64,000 bases of DNA from Tubiluchus corallicola (taxonomy: Eukaryota; Animalia; Priapulida): NCBI GenBank assembly GCA_030141605.1, contig JAQGDQ010000094.1, positions 372,001 to 436,000 on the forward strand. The letters are read 5' to 3'. Below, piece by piece: positions 11,139 to 23,200 of this stretch; the first letter of the stretch is position 1; each line of letters opens with the position of its first letter. Position numbers and translations under genes: made by a program. Under the pieces are notes generated by a model. That model saw nothing but the letters and a program-made list of their open reading frames with translations. It did not search any database and had not been told where the DNA came from.

Positions 11139-12959
11139 TTGTAAATATGTTTGATTTTATTCGTCATTACTGCACAGTAGTTTAGATTGCACTGACGCAT
11201 TTGCCTTCAGCAGTGTAAGTTTTTATTAACTAACACTGATTGATTATCTCTATAAAGTTTTTATCAGTGATTATCAATGTTTTTAATGGCAAATAAATAA
11301 TAAAACAAGAATGCACTCAGTAGAAAGCAGATCTCTGCCAAAGTCGAACAATGGTATTCTTATTCATCTGATTTTTTTGATTAAAAAATTTAATACAAAG
11401 ATAAACAAACAAATATACAATAATGTACATGTGTTGGCATTATATAGACTAGCAAAAGACTCACATATTTGTTCATTAAATGAATTTATAATCAATAATG
11501 CTCGAATGTTCCACATGGTGTTTCTCTACCTTTTCACCAATAATTTTGGGGGTAATAGACTGACAAATATATACGTATCAAGTCATTATAAATTATAGAC
11601 AACGTTACACACTTTTACAAGCGTGAATTTCTAGAAAAGGAACTGGAACTAACACGCTGTTGTTTGTCATGGTAGAGGTAATAAAAAAAGAACTAAACAC
11701 TCCCTCTGAGATCTCCATGAACGTTTCTTGTATGTAGTTTTGCTAATAAAAGAACTGGCGAAAAGATTCCCGTTTTGGCAGTCTTTCTCCACCAAATTTG
11801 CGCAATTTTCCCCTGTACTATTTGTACGTACATTCCACAGGTGCCATAATACTTCATTACACAAAAATTCTGTTTTGTGGGCGGGGTGCATTGTGAATGG
11901 GTTAACAATTGAGGGAGCTAAAAATGCTTTTGCCTAGGCAGGGACATATTACGACGCTCTAGGCTGATAGTTCTGTCCTACCCATCTCTTTAATGTAATG
12001 AGCAGATTAAATAATTACTTGTAGTGTATTAGAAATATTATTAACCTGGTTTCTACGTTGTCATTATTAACTGCATAGCGCTTACATTTAAGCAGGCTGC
12101 GCAACTGCTTGTTGTGTGATACCTTGCACCTTTTCGTTATGTGAGATTTATATGTCACCTGAGCACAATAACTGCCTGTGGTGTGTTATAAAATTCGCCC
12201 TTTACATGAATAGGGAAGCATAGGCATTCTCCAAGAAGAATAGGTTTTTTCTAAAATTTGACGAACCTCAAACTTTAGCGCCCTAGGTTGTAGCCTAGTT
12301 AGCCTATTGGTTAAAGCGCCCCTGTGCCTATATGGCGTCCTATTACCCAGAGCTGACACTGCATAGATGTGTCTATCAATTTTTAACAGTGCATGGGCAA
12401 ATATGTGAATCAAAACGCAGAGCAATAATGAGCAATTAAATAATAGTTATTATAATTTTACAGCCTAAAATGCACTAAAATTTGTAATGAACGAGACAGT
12501 TCTTCTTAATTGATCAAGGTTATAAAGTCTACAAAGGGTTATGCAAGTAACATAACATAACATAGTGCAATGCAATACAACAGAACACCATCACATTATA
12601 CAACACATCTTAATTTATATGATCTAATAACGTGACGTAGTGTAACACAACGCTGTAAATTGTTCTGATATAATGTGCAATTTATATCTATTTATATCAT
12701 TGAGATACTAATGTGACATAATTATGTCAGACTCTCTTGAATGCCAATTTTATTTAATTATATCACATTGTTGTGTTACTGCATCTAAACACTGTCTAAA
12801 CGAGAAACGTTATATCCACATACTCTCACTCATTTTATTTTTTTGTAAAAAATTTGTGTTACATTTACTGTACAGTTTGTAGCAATACCATAGTATGGTT
12901 TGTGTAGATCAAAGATCTCGGTGATTGCTTAGCAGTGTTCTGCATTCTAGACTGTCTTG

Positions 12960-13250
12960 CTGTCCTGATCTTCTTTTTCACTTCCTCAGTTTTATCACTA
13001 AGTGCAAGTTCTATATACAAGCTAAATTCTTCACGCCATTTTTTCCATGCTTGTCACACATTGTGTGATTCGAAATTTAGTGCGTTAGGTGGTTTTAGCT
13101 GATTCGTGGTTCTCTATAAATTTGCCGTCCGAATAAATATTCAAAACAAACTAGTTCACTTCTGACACCATGTTAAACGCTACAATAATATTAGCAGCCA
13201 GACAAATGTGTGCATAATAAAGTAGTATTTATTAAGCTAATTAGGAACTT
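12960..13250 (-). mobile_element. Gypsy LTR-retrotransposon remnant (LTR 3' end, PBS, gag N-terminus)
   Basis: Minus strand ...AACA-TGGTGTCAGAAGTG (tRNA-Leu-type PBS, 13157-13170) followed by gag-like LKPPNALNFESHNV*QAWKKWREEFSLY. Confidence 0.7.
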
Positions 13251-13283
13251 AAACAAAGAAGATCAGGACAGCAATACAGTCTA

Positions 13284-13444
13284 TTATCATCATCATACGC
13301 CCGTCACGTCTATTGTAGACATTGGGCAGGCAGAATTCTAAAATAAAAGAAATCTGCCTTCAGACAGATAAACGCAGCAGTAATCCAGCAAAAAATCTAG
13401 ACACTGCTACGCCAGTGGCTTGTCAGCACCACCTCCGAAAAAAG
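13284..13444 (-). mobile_element. short 5'-truncated retroelement 3' end with (GAT)n tail
   Basis: ttatcatcatcat at the left end, flanked by direct repeat ACAGTCTA (13276-13283, 13445-13452). Confidence 0.5.
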
Positions 13445-14298
13445 ACAGTCTAGAATGCAGAACACTGCTAAGCAATCACTGAGATCTTTTATCTACATAA
13501 ACCATATCTATGGTATCGTTACACAGTCCAAATTATTATTTTATATAGATAGATAATGCTTAAATATTCCGAAATATCTGATCAAACAGTGCCATTAAAC
13601 GGCCTAGTTTAGTCAGACCCTTACTTTACTTTAAACTTCACTTGACTACGTTTTCTGCGCATTTTTTAATTTTATTTTATGATCGGTAAGGAGTCACATG
13701 ACTTGTATTTTGCTGTTTAAATCCTATCTTAAAATTAACTTTTACTTGCTTAAAACAGCGATGTGATGTGCAGAACACTGCGCATTGTTCATCGCGTCTT
13801 AACATAACAACGTAACATAACATAACATAATTGGATGACTAGATGACCAATTGGTCTTTCGCTGCCCTTTCTTCACATTTTTGTTGCTAAATTAATTGTA
13901 TTGTAACTGTGCGCGTTAAAAGATAAATAAAAGATTATTATTATTATTATAACTTAATGCAACATAACACAATATAACATACCATATATAATATACATTC
14001 AGATGTTGCTCAGTATTCTATTGCTGTAGCATTGCAGAGGGCCACGTTAAAACCTGTACTATAACTCAGTACTTAATTTTTAATTTCATGCCTATTTTCA
14101 TTTTTACATTTATTACTCTCTGTACCCTAGCATTGAGTTTTAACAACTCTTCCGTTTCAATTGTTTTAACTTTTAAGACATCTAGCTTTATTCCTGGCTT
14201 CTCTAATGATTTCCCAAGCGATGGCGCGCAGGAAAAGTCGCTAAACCAAAAACACGGAGCGTCAAAATTATTTGAGTTAGAAGTGAATGAATGTTAGG

Positions 14299-17200
14299 AT
14301 GGCGGCGTCCAGTCCTCAAAAACCTTGGGAAACTGCGTATCAAGGCATTTCAGGGCTTACACCGAGTACATTAACGTCTACGTTAGTATATTTTTATGTG
14401 CAACATTTACTAAAATTTGGTGCGTTGTGTCATTGGTTACAGAAGGCGTAGCCGACTCGATAAGTCATTTATTTCACATTACATAGACATTTTATTTTTC
14501 TCCAATTTGCGTCACAAATTTTCGTTTTACAAAAAATAACTTTTGTCTGTGGAGATGGGGCGAGGAAAGACCGTAGGTCATCTACTCACTCACCCCTTAT
14601 AATTTAATGTCGATGACAGAAAAAGCATTGATGACACAGGATGCAAATAAACTAACAAAATAAAGCAATAACAAAAGCAGAATTATAAAAGCAAACATAA
14701 CAACAATAGCATAAGCGAAAAAAAAGAATAAACAAACAGTGGTAAAAATAAAATGATGATGAAATTAATCACAATGCCGTAATTTATGTAGATTTCTCAT
14801 ATTAAACGAATTTACACGAAATATTAGATACACATTTACAATAGTTTCATGTAGTAGTAGTAGTAGTAGTTAATCTCCAGTAGTTATAATATAACTTTTG
14901 AGACAAATAGTTCTTCGACTGTAATTGCGACAAATTGCACATTTAATAGATTGTCATCAACACCTAGGTGACTCCACTGGCAAGTTTTCTCACTATAATA
15001 TGTAATCCAGCATCCTTGTTATAGGCATGTTCCAATTAGCACGGTGATTAAATTTCAATGGATGATGTTCATAGTGTCTATCTAATTTTGATTTAAATAA
15101 ATTTACAGATGTTGCTGTTCTCACATCACAGGGCAATCTATTCCAGATTTCTGGCATCGTACAAGAAAAATAGTCGTATTTACCAGTTTTGTGTGCAGTT
15201 CTTGATTTATGAAGAATAGGACCTGATCTTGCTGTACGATGTACTTCTAATTTAACAGGACAATCATCACAGCTGTAAACTCCAGATACATATTTGTATA
15301 CATCAATTAGTTGGCCACGTAAACGTCTAAAAGCTAATGTAGTTAAACCTATTCGTTTTAACTGACTTTCATACGTCAAGTTCATTAGTTCCGGTAACAT
15401 GTTGAAAGCTCTCATTTGGACAGTTTCGACTGGGTCCACTATATATGCCCTAGGACTATTCCAAATACTACTTCCATACTCCACTTTTGATCGCACAAGT
15501 GCCACATATAGAAGCTTGAAAGTTTGCAGATCTAGGTACTTGAAATTCCTCCTTATTAAAGCATTGTTTCGTTTGGCACTCTTTATGATTTCTGCTATGT
15601 GATCTTTAAAATTTAGTTTATTATCAAGTAATAATCCAAGGTCTTTCTCACAAGCACTAAAGTCCAATTCTGCCGGAATGCCACTTGCATCATACATTTT
15701 GTATTTATATTCATATCCTGCTCCCACAGATACAACCTTACACTTGTTGGGATGGAACTGCATACCATTTTCAACTGCCCAATCACAGAGCCCTTCTAGA
15801 TCCAATTGAAGATCATTACAGCTGGTAAAAGAATCAGATTCAGACCAGATTTTGCTGTCGTCGGCAAAAAGACGAAGAGAATTACTCACACAACTAGGCA
15901 AGTCATTTATAAATACCACAAATAAACACGGACCTAATACCGAACCTTGCGCTACACCACTAGTAATCAAGGACTCAGTCGATTTGCAACCATCAACACA
16001 CGTACATTGACTTCTATTTTCTAAGAAGTTTACTATCCACTGTAAAACTGAACCAGTTATACCACAATTTTTAAGTTTTGCAAACAGAAAGTGATGAGGT
16101 ACAACATCAAACGCCTTTTTCAGGTCCAGTAGTATTATATCAAAAGGCTTATTAGCATCTTTTAACTCAAACCATGCATCGTAACATTGTAACAGTTGGG
16201 TAACCGTTGTTCTACCCTTAACAAACCCATGTTGTTCTTCACAAATAATGTTGTATCTTATCAGATGGTTCATTATATGTTTCCGCATGATTTTTTCTGT
16301 CACCTTATTAATTGTATTTAGTAAGCTAACTGGCCTGTAGTTCGATGGATCTGACTTGTCCCCTTTTTTATGAATGGGAGTAACCTGTGCCACCTTCCAT
16401 TGTCCAGGTAACTGACAATCAGCAAAAGACCTATCCAGTAAGGTGTATATAGGCTTAAAAAGCACAGTTCTACATTCATTTAAAATACGTGGATGGTAAC
16501 TATCTGGAGCGGATTTGTTTACATTGAGATTTTGTAACTCATAAAGCACCTCTTCTTCAGTTATGGAAACATTGCTGATATCAGGATATTGTTGCACTGT
16601 AGTTACTTCATAGTCAGAAGCGTTGGGACTAAATACACTAATGAAAAAATCGTTCAAAATTTGTGCCTTCTCCTCTGAATCAGAGACAAGAATACCTTGG
16701 GAATTCTTCAGTGAATGAATTCTAGACTTTGGCTTCCGAAGCGCATTGATATACTGCCAGAATGCCTTGGGATTACTCTTGCAATTACTTGCTAAAATAC
16801 GTTCATATCTTTTTCTCGCAGTAGTTATAAGGTTTTTCACCACATTACGCCTTGCAGCATACCGTTCATAAGAAAGTTTTGTTCTTCGTCTCTTCCAGTC
16901 AAAAAACAACTTTTCTTTCTCCTTAATACAGCCAAGCAACTGCTTAGTTAACCAAGGAGGCCGAGGTCGACTACTCTTATTATAAAAACTTGGATAGAAA
17001 CTAGGCACATATTCATCAACAACTGACATGTACACATTATGAAATTTTGTCCACATATCATCAAGAGTAAGATTACTATTTAAAACATTAATCCAATCAA
17101 CTTGGCTAAATGCATTACACATACTTTCATGTACAATATATAGGCTTTTATAGTGAAAGGGCCTACAATGAACATAATACAAATAAGCTTCTTATTGTTT

Positions 17201-20200
17201 CTGCAAAAGAAAAGCCTCACACACTGTTCACCTATGTACAAATGTGTTGTGGGCAATCAAAAAGCATGGCTTGTTAGATTGTCCCACACAGTGAAAGAAA
17301 AAAAGTAATAGAAATAATCAGGAAATTTAAAGTGAATCGTATGATAAAAAAACATTTAGTGCTTAAAATGGAATGATGTAATGAACGAAGCTCATATATA
17401 AGATGATATAAAAGATAGAAAGACTATTATTTATTAATAGTATGTAAAATTAAGATAAGTTGAGTAAGATAACACCACTGTTTTGCCATTACTGTGAGGA
17501 TGGATACTGATAGAAGTTTTGATTACTCACTGATACTTACTTAAGTTTTTTATCATTGCATTTTAAGTTTCAGTTTGTAAACTATAGCAGCTATGGATGT
17601 TGACACAGGGTATAAGAGTATATGGATTCGTTTTTAAATCTTCAGGAATTCCAGAATCCCTCATCCACATGGAAATAATGTCCGGAATTACAGCTCCACT
17701 ACAACTGTTAGTGGATCAGGTGGGGGTGACCAGCAGCCTCCACCACTTCCAACTCGACCAGCTCAGCAAGTGAATAGGTATTCCGGTTTTACTCCATATG
17801 GTACTGGTTTGGGAGGCATGTACTCACCATACAGTACAGGGTATGACACATTCATTTTTGTTTATATTGGCAGTAAACGGCAAAGTATTATAATCAATTT
17901 TCATTGTGAAATTATTTTAACAATTATTAATTTTGTTTGTGGTTTTATACAGTTCGACTCACTGCAAGCCGCTATCCGTACTTACAACATTTACTTAATG
18001 TAGGTGGTTGTAGCAGTAACATAATAACGTAACAGAACTCAACTCATTACAAAATAGTTACTCTTTCTCTTTATTTTGCACTATGGTTTTCAAACTGTGA
18101 CAATAGTTTTTACATTCTCTGTTTGTGTCTATTTTTCAGACTTTATGGTGGTTATGGTGGATATTCAGGAATGTACAGCAATGGACTTTATGGTGGACCA
18201 TATAATTCAGTTGGAGCTACTGACCAGAGTACCTTTGCCAGAGCAGCAGAGGAAAATTCGAGGTATCTATTTTCGCCATGTATTGAATTTATTTTTTCTT
18301 CATTCTCATTCGTACGAGTTGTTACTATGGTAATTTGATAATGCCATGTTTTTACAACCTACCATAGAGCTTTAAAGCAATGCATGATGCGTATTAACTG
18401 TTTCCAACTAGATGCAGAGCAACATAATTATTGGCTTCTTCCAACATTCCAAAAAAAATGGAAGAAGTAGTAACCAAAACTCACCTAACCAGGAAGCCAA
18501 TTAACGACACTGGTCAACAGAAACATGAAAACTCGCTTAATCGTCTAAGCAATGACTGTTTCCCATCTGCATGATATAGTGTTCACATTCATCTGAATAC
18601 TTGTCATGCATCACACGTTATAGATTGTGCATTAAATACATGTGGAAACACTTCCAATACACACAATGTGTATGCAAATACAAACTGTAGTATACGCTCT
18701 ATGCATCATGGACCATGCATCACACATTTACTTGTACATGGAGTGCGACCTTTATGCATATTGAAGAAGCAATCATGCAGAACAATAAAACCTTGGTTTT
18801 GTTAGGAAACTATTCTGCTTAACCTTGCTTGGCTCACTATAACTTTGTTAGGCGAGTATGTTTTTATGTAAGTGGTAAAAATGAAATGATGAAGAAATAA
18901 AGTGAAATGCATTTGCCAAGACACAAAATTCTACGGATGCCTTCCAATGGGAAAGCCTGTAGCATGAGAGTTAATGCCGCACCAGTTAATAGGCCTTTGT
19001 TTGTATCGGCGTTACATAATTGATAAGAGCTTGTCTATTTCCAAGCTGTTTTATAGCGCTGTTTTGGTCACTTATTTCAAACTGCATAGAGATAAACTGT
19101 ATTTTGTTTATTATGCAATCTGCCAAATAAGCTATGTAGAAAAGAGAGAAAAGAACAGCAGAATAAAGGATTATCGCACAAAACAAAAAAATATCAAAAC
19201 AATGATCTGAAGAACAAACTGCTTTTGCATCATTTGGATTTATATTTAGCTAAGGCGAAGCAAACCAAAGTGTTGAATTTTGATTTTTGAACTAGTTGTG
19301 GTATTGAATAAATTTCTAAGTAATGCATTCTGTTGTTATAGGCAAGCATTTCAGTCTATAGAGTCAATTGTTCGAGCAGTTGGGTCTGTCAGTATGATGC
19401 TAGAATCGACTTTCAATGCCGTGTATAGTTCATTCCGAGCTGTTTTGGGTGTGGCTGACCACTTTTCCAGGTAGGTTATAATGGACAGCCATCAGTTGCC
19501 GATGTATGTTAGTTTTATTTGAAAATTTTTGCAGCATGCAATTTTGCAAAGGCCTACCTGAGTGTACCAAGTTTTACCCCGTCAGTGTTGTATGTCTAGT
19601 CCGCACAACTTGGTCAGGGTTTTTACTATGATGTCATTGCTTACAAACTTCTTGCCATAGTAATTGCTAAGGTGTTGTTGTTACTATGTAGTCGTTGCCA
19701 AGAAGCAGTGTCTAACCCAAAATTCTTTAAAGTTTTTGCACTATAGTAATCAAATTGTCTAAAGTTTTTACGTCAGTAACCAAATTTTCTAAAGTTTTGG
19801 CTCTAGTAACCAAATTTTTTAAGATTTTGCTCTAATAACCAAATTTTCTATACTTAAAGCTTTTGCGCTAGTAACCAAATTTTCTAAAGTGCACTAGTAA
19901 CTATAATGTGATATTTTAGAGAATGCAATTAAGAATTAATAGAAAATCTTTAAATTTTATTTTCAAAAATTTTTGTGATTGGCCAATTGGTCAGATGCAA
20001 CAGTGTGATTGGCTATCTCTGTAACTAAATAATGCTGTTTTAAATGCTATTTTCAGTGCAATAAATGCTTCTTGTTGATGTTCACGTGCACTGTTTTGAG
20101 GTATTATATAAACACATGATGTGATTTTGTTTCTTTAGGACACATAAATGTAAGAAAAGGGACATTTGACTGAATTTCAATTTCAAGATTCAGCTTTAGA

Positions 20201-23200
20201 TGACAGTCATAAATTGCTTGTACAATATAGTTTGCAAACTGATTTGTTTGTTTACAAATATCCATTGGATATTTTTTGTTAGGCTCTGAATCTCATTTAC
20301 TGTTGTAGAATGTGCAAACTCTTGTGTTTAGATTTGTGCTTGTTTGTTAATGTAAGGTACACATGTGAAGATGTGTATCTGTTTGCATTTAGATTATGTC
20401 TGACAATAATATAAAAATATTGTACACATATTTAATGATAAACAATGATGAACAAAATAAGGCTTTAGGAAAGGTTCTCCAGTTGAATTACCATTAATAA
20501 ATGTTTGCGAAATTTTAATTAAGTGTATGGAAAATAACTCGATTACTGTTGGTATATTTTGTGATCTCTCTAAAGCCTTCGATACCATTGACCATGTTAT
20601 ATTACACGATAAGTTATCTTTCTATCTTGATAACCATAAGCAGTGCATCAGATGTAATAATTATACCTCAACTGAACTCTCCGTAAATTGTGGTGTTCCT
20701 CAGGGTTCTGTTTTAGGACCACTTTTATTTTTGATTTATATCAACGATATAAAAAACATTTTTAGTTGTCATAATATTATTCAGTTTACTGATGACACCA
20801 CACTCTTTTTCAATTTCATTCATTTCAGCATTACTAACATAAATAATAGTTTAAAAGCCAACAAATTATCTCTTAATCCCACTAAAACTAAGTACATTCT
20901 ATTTCGATTCCTTTACATTGTAGTCTTTATATTGATGGCCTTCCTATAGAAGGTGTTCAATTTACCAGATTTTTAGGTGTAGTTTTGCATCTGGACTGCT
21001 GGACTGGAACTCTCATATAAAAATGATTAGTCTAAAAATAGCCAAAAATATAGGTATTATGTCCCATATTAAATACAATTTGTCCAAATCACATATACTT
21101 ACTGTTTATTATTCTTTATTCTATCCTTATTTAAATTATGTTAGTTCCCTTTGGGGAATCACATACGCGACAAATCTTAACCCTTTACATTGACTTCAAA
21201 GAAAATTTCTTCGTTTGTATTTCAGATGAAATGAATTCACCCCAGTATTTAACTCTTTAAACAATGTAACATCTTGTCTATTGATAACATAGTGTTTAAT
21301 AATATTGCAATTTTCATGTTAAAACTAATAGCAAATTATTACACAAGTTCTTCAAAAATCCTATCAAACTGAATGCAAGATTTCATACTCCACGATTTAA
21401 TCAATACTTTCTTCCATATGTCCGAAAGTTGCCAAGTATTCATTTCCTTTGCTGGGCCATTAATTTGGAACTATCTACCTAATCATATAAAATCAGAACA
21501 TAGTATTTGTAAATATAAAAAAGCCTCAAACTCTTTATTATGAACCATAATCCAAACATTTATCATCTGTAATGTTTCATATCACACTCAAAGATGAACA
21601 AGAATGGATTATACTCCATAACAAGAAGAGGTGAAAGAAACTTTGTAGGCAGGTGGACATAATCTCACTCCTCTCACCATTTGCAGTTGTGTTTGCCTTG
21701 CTGATTTATTTACATTTATTACGTTTTTATTAGCTCATGTGAATCGAATTCTCTACTTTTTTATTTTTTTCTTCTCTCACTTTCATATTACATTTTTCAT
21801 ATCCCTTCACTTTTCATACTCCTTTTCTTCCCATTAACCACCTTTTATTCTTGCATCTATGCTTTTCTTTCTATTTGCCATATTGGGGCTGACTTCTACA
21901 AGTTTTCTTTTTGGACAGCCCCAATAATCCATTAATCAACTTTATTATTTACATGCTTGTTTCTTTTAATTTGGTATTTTGTATTTTCACCATATTTATG
22001 TGTTATTTGGTCATGGCAAATGGAATAAAATAAACTAAACTATTTATGCATTTTTGTTTAATGGCCATTATAAAAAGTGCAGTGTAGAGGAGTTGAATAT
22101 GATGGAAGGGAAATTGAAGGAATTAAATTTAAGCTTTATTATAAAGTTGTTATGCAGTTTTATTGTTGTATTCTCTAGGTTAAAATTACATTTTACCCAG
22201 ATTCTTTCCGCTGTGGCACTCATACGAACATTAAAATGGCTGTGGAGGCGTCTGCTGGTCTTGCTAAGGTTCCGACCACCAGGTCTTCCAGAAGATGCAT
22301 GGGCTGATGCAGTTGGGAGTCTGAGTGCTGCTGATGCTTTACCATTTGACTCATATGATAGGTAATTACTAAATCAGATATTTAGAGACAGATATTACTA
22401 GAGATATTACTAGAGACAGAAACAGCCAAGCATTTTAGCTTAAAAATAGGATAGTGCTCTTCTCAGATTAGCCATGGTCATAATCGTAAAAGAAGTTAAA
22501 ATGCCCATAAATCTCAAAAAATTCTTTATTTTTTCTTTGGAAGCTTTCGTCCTCTCGGACTTCATCAGCTGCACAGAAAGATACAATAATAAAAAATTAC
22601 AAATTTTACTTTTTCTTTTTCTTTATTTTTAATTCAGCCTCCTCATGCTTTTTGTACACTTTATTTTACTGACATTGCACATCATTATTTTATATGTAGC
22701 TTCATCTGTAATTTTTTATTATTATATCTTTCTGTGCAGCTGATGAAGTCCAAGAGGACGAAAACTTCTGAAGAAAAAATAAAGATTTTTTTGAGATTTC
22801 TAGCCAAGCATTTTATTAAGTTCATTATTTTGTTTCAAACTGTCAAAAATTTCCTTTTTTTCAAATTGCTTTAGACTACAATTAATTAAAATATAACGGT
22901 GTTCCTGTGTTTTTCTCTATTATCTAATGTGATTAATCTGTTTGGCCCAAAACGCTGTAAATGTATTTATGTCAGAATGGCAAGATTATCACTAGAACGC
23001 TGATGCTAACACACCACAAATATTTTAAGAATCAGCACATTTTATTTGATCTAAGGCTGTGGGTCCCTGGCGAGCTTCCTTAACGTGAAAATTTAACATT
23101 ATCAGAACAGATAGACAAACAATCAATTAGGTGTAAACTCAATATTATTTAACGTAAGAAAAACACATTTGAGAAATAAGTAACAAAGATATATTAAGAA

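Larger units (their letters stand above)
5352..11305 (+). mobile_element. near full-length APE-type non-LTR retrotransposon (L2/CR1/Crack/Daphne group)
   Basis: ORF1 plus ORF2 (APE and RT with YADD), 3' UTR ending in aaataaataataaa. The 5' boundary is approximate and no clear TSD was found. Confidence 0.9.
22438..22801. mobile_element. Penelope-like element remnant with inverted repeat
   Basis: About 95-bp inverted repeat (22510-22604 / 22704-22798), 14-bp TSD AGCCAAGCATTTTA (22424-22437, 22802-22815), hammerhead cores in both arms. Confidence 0.7.
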
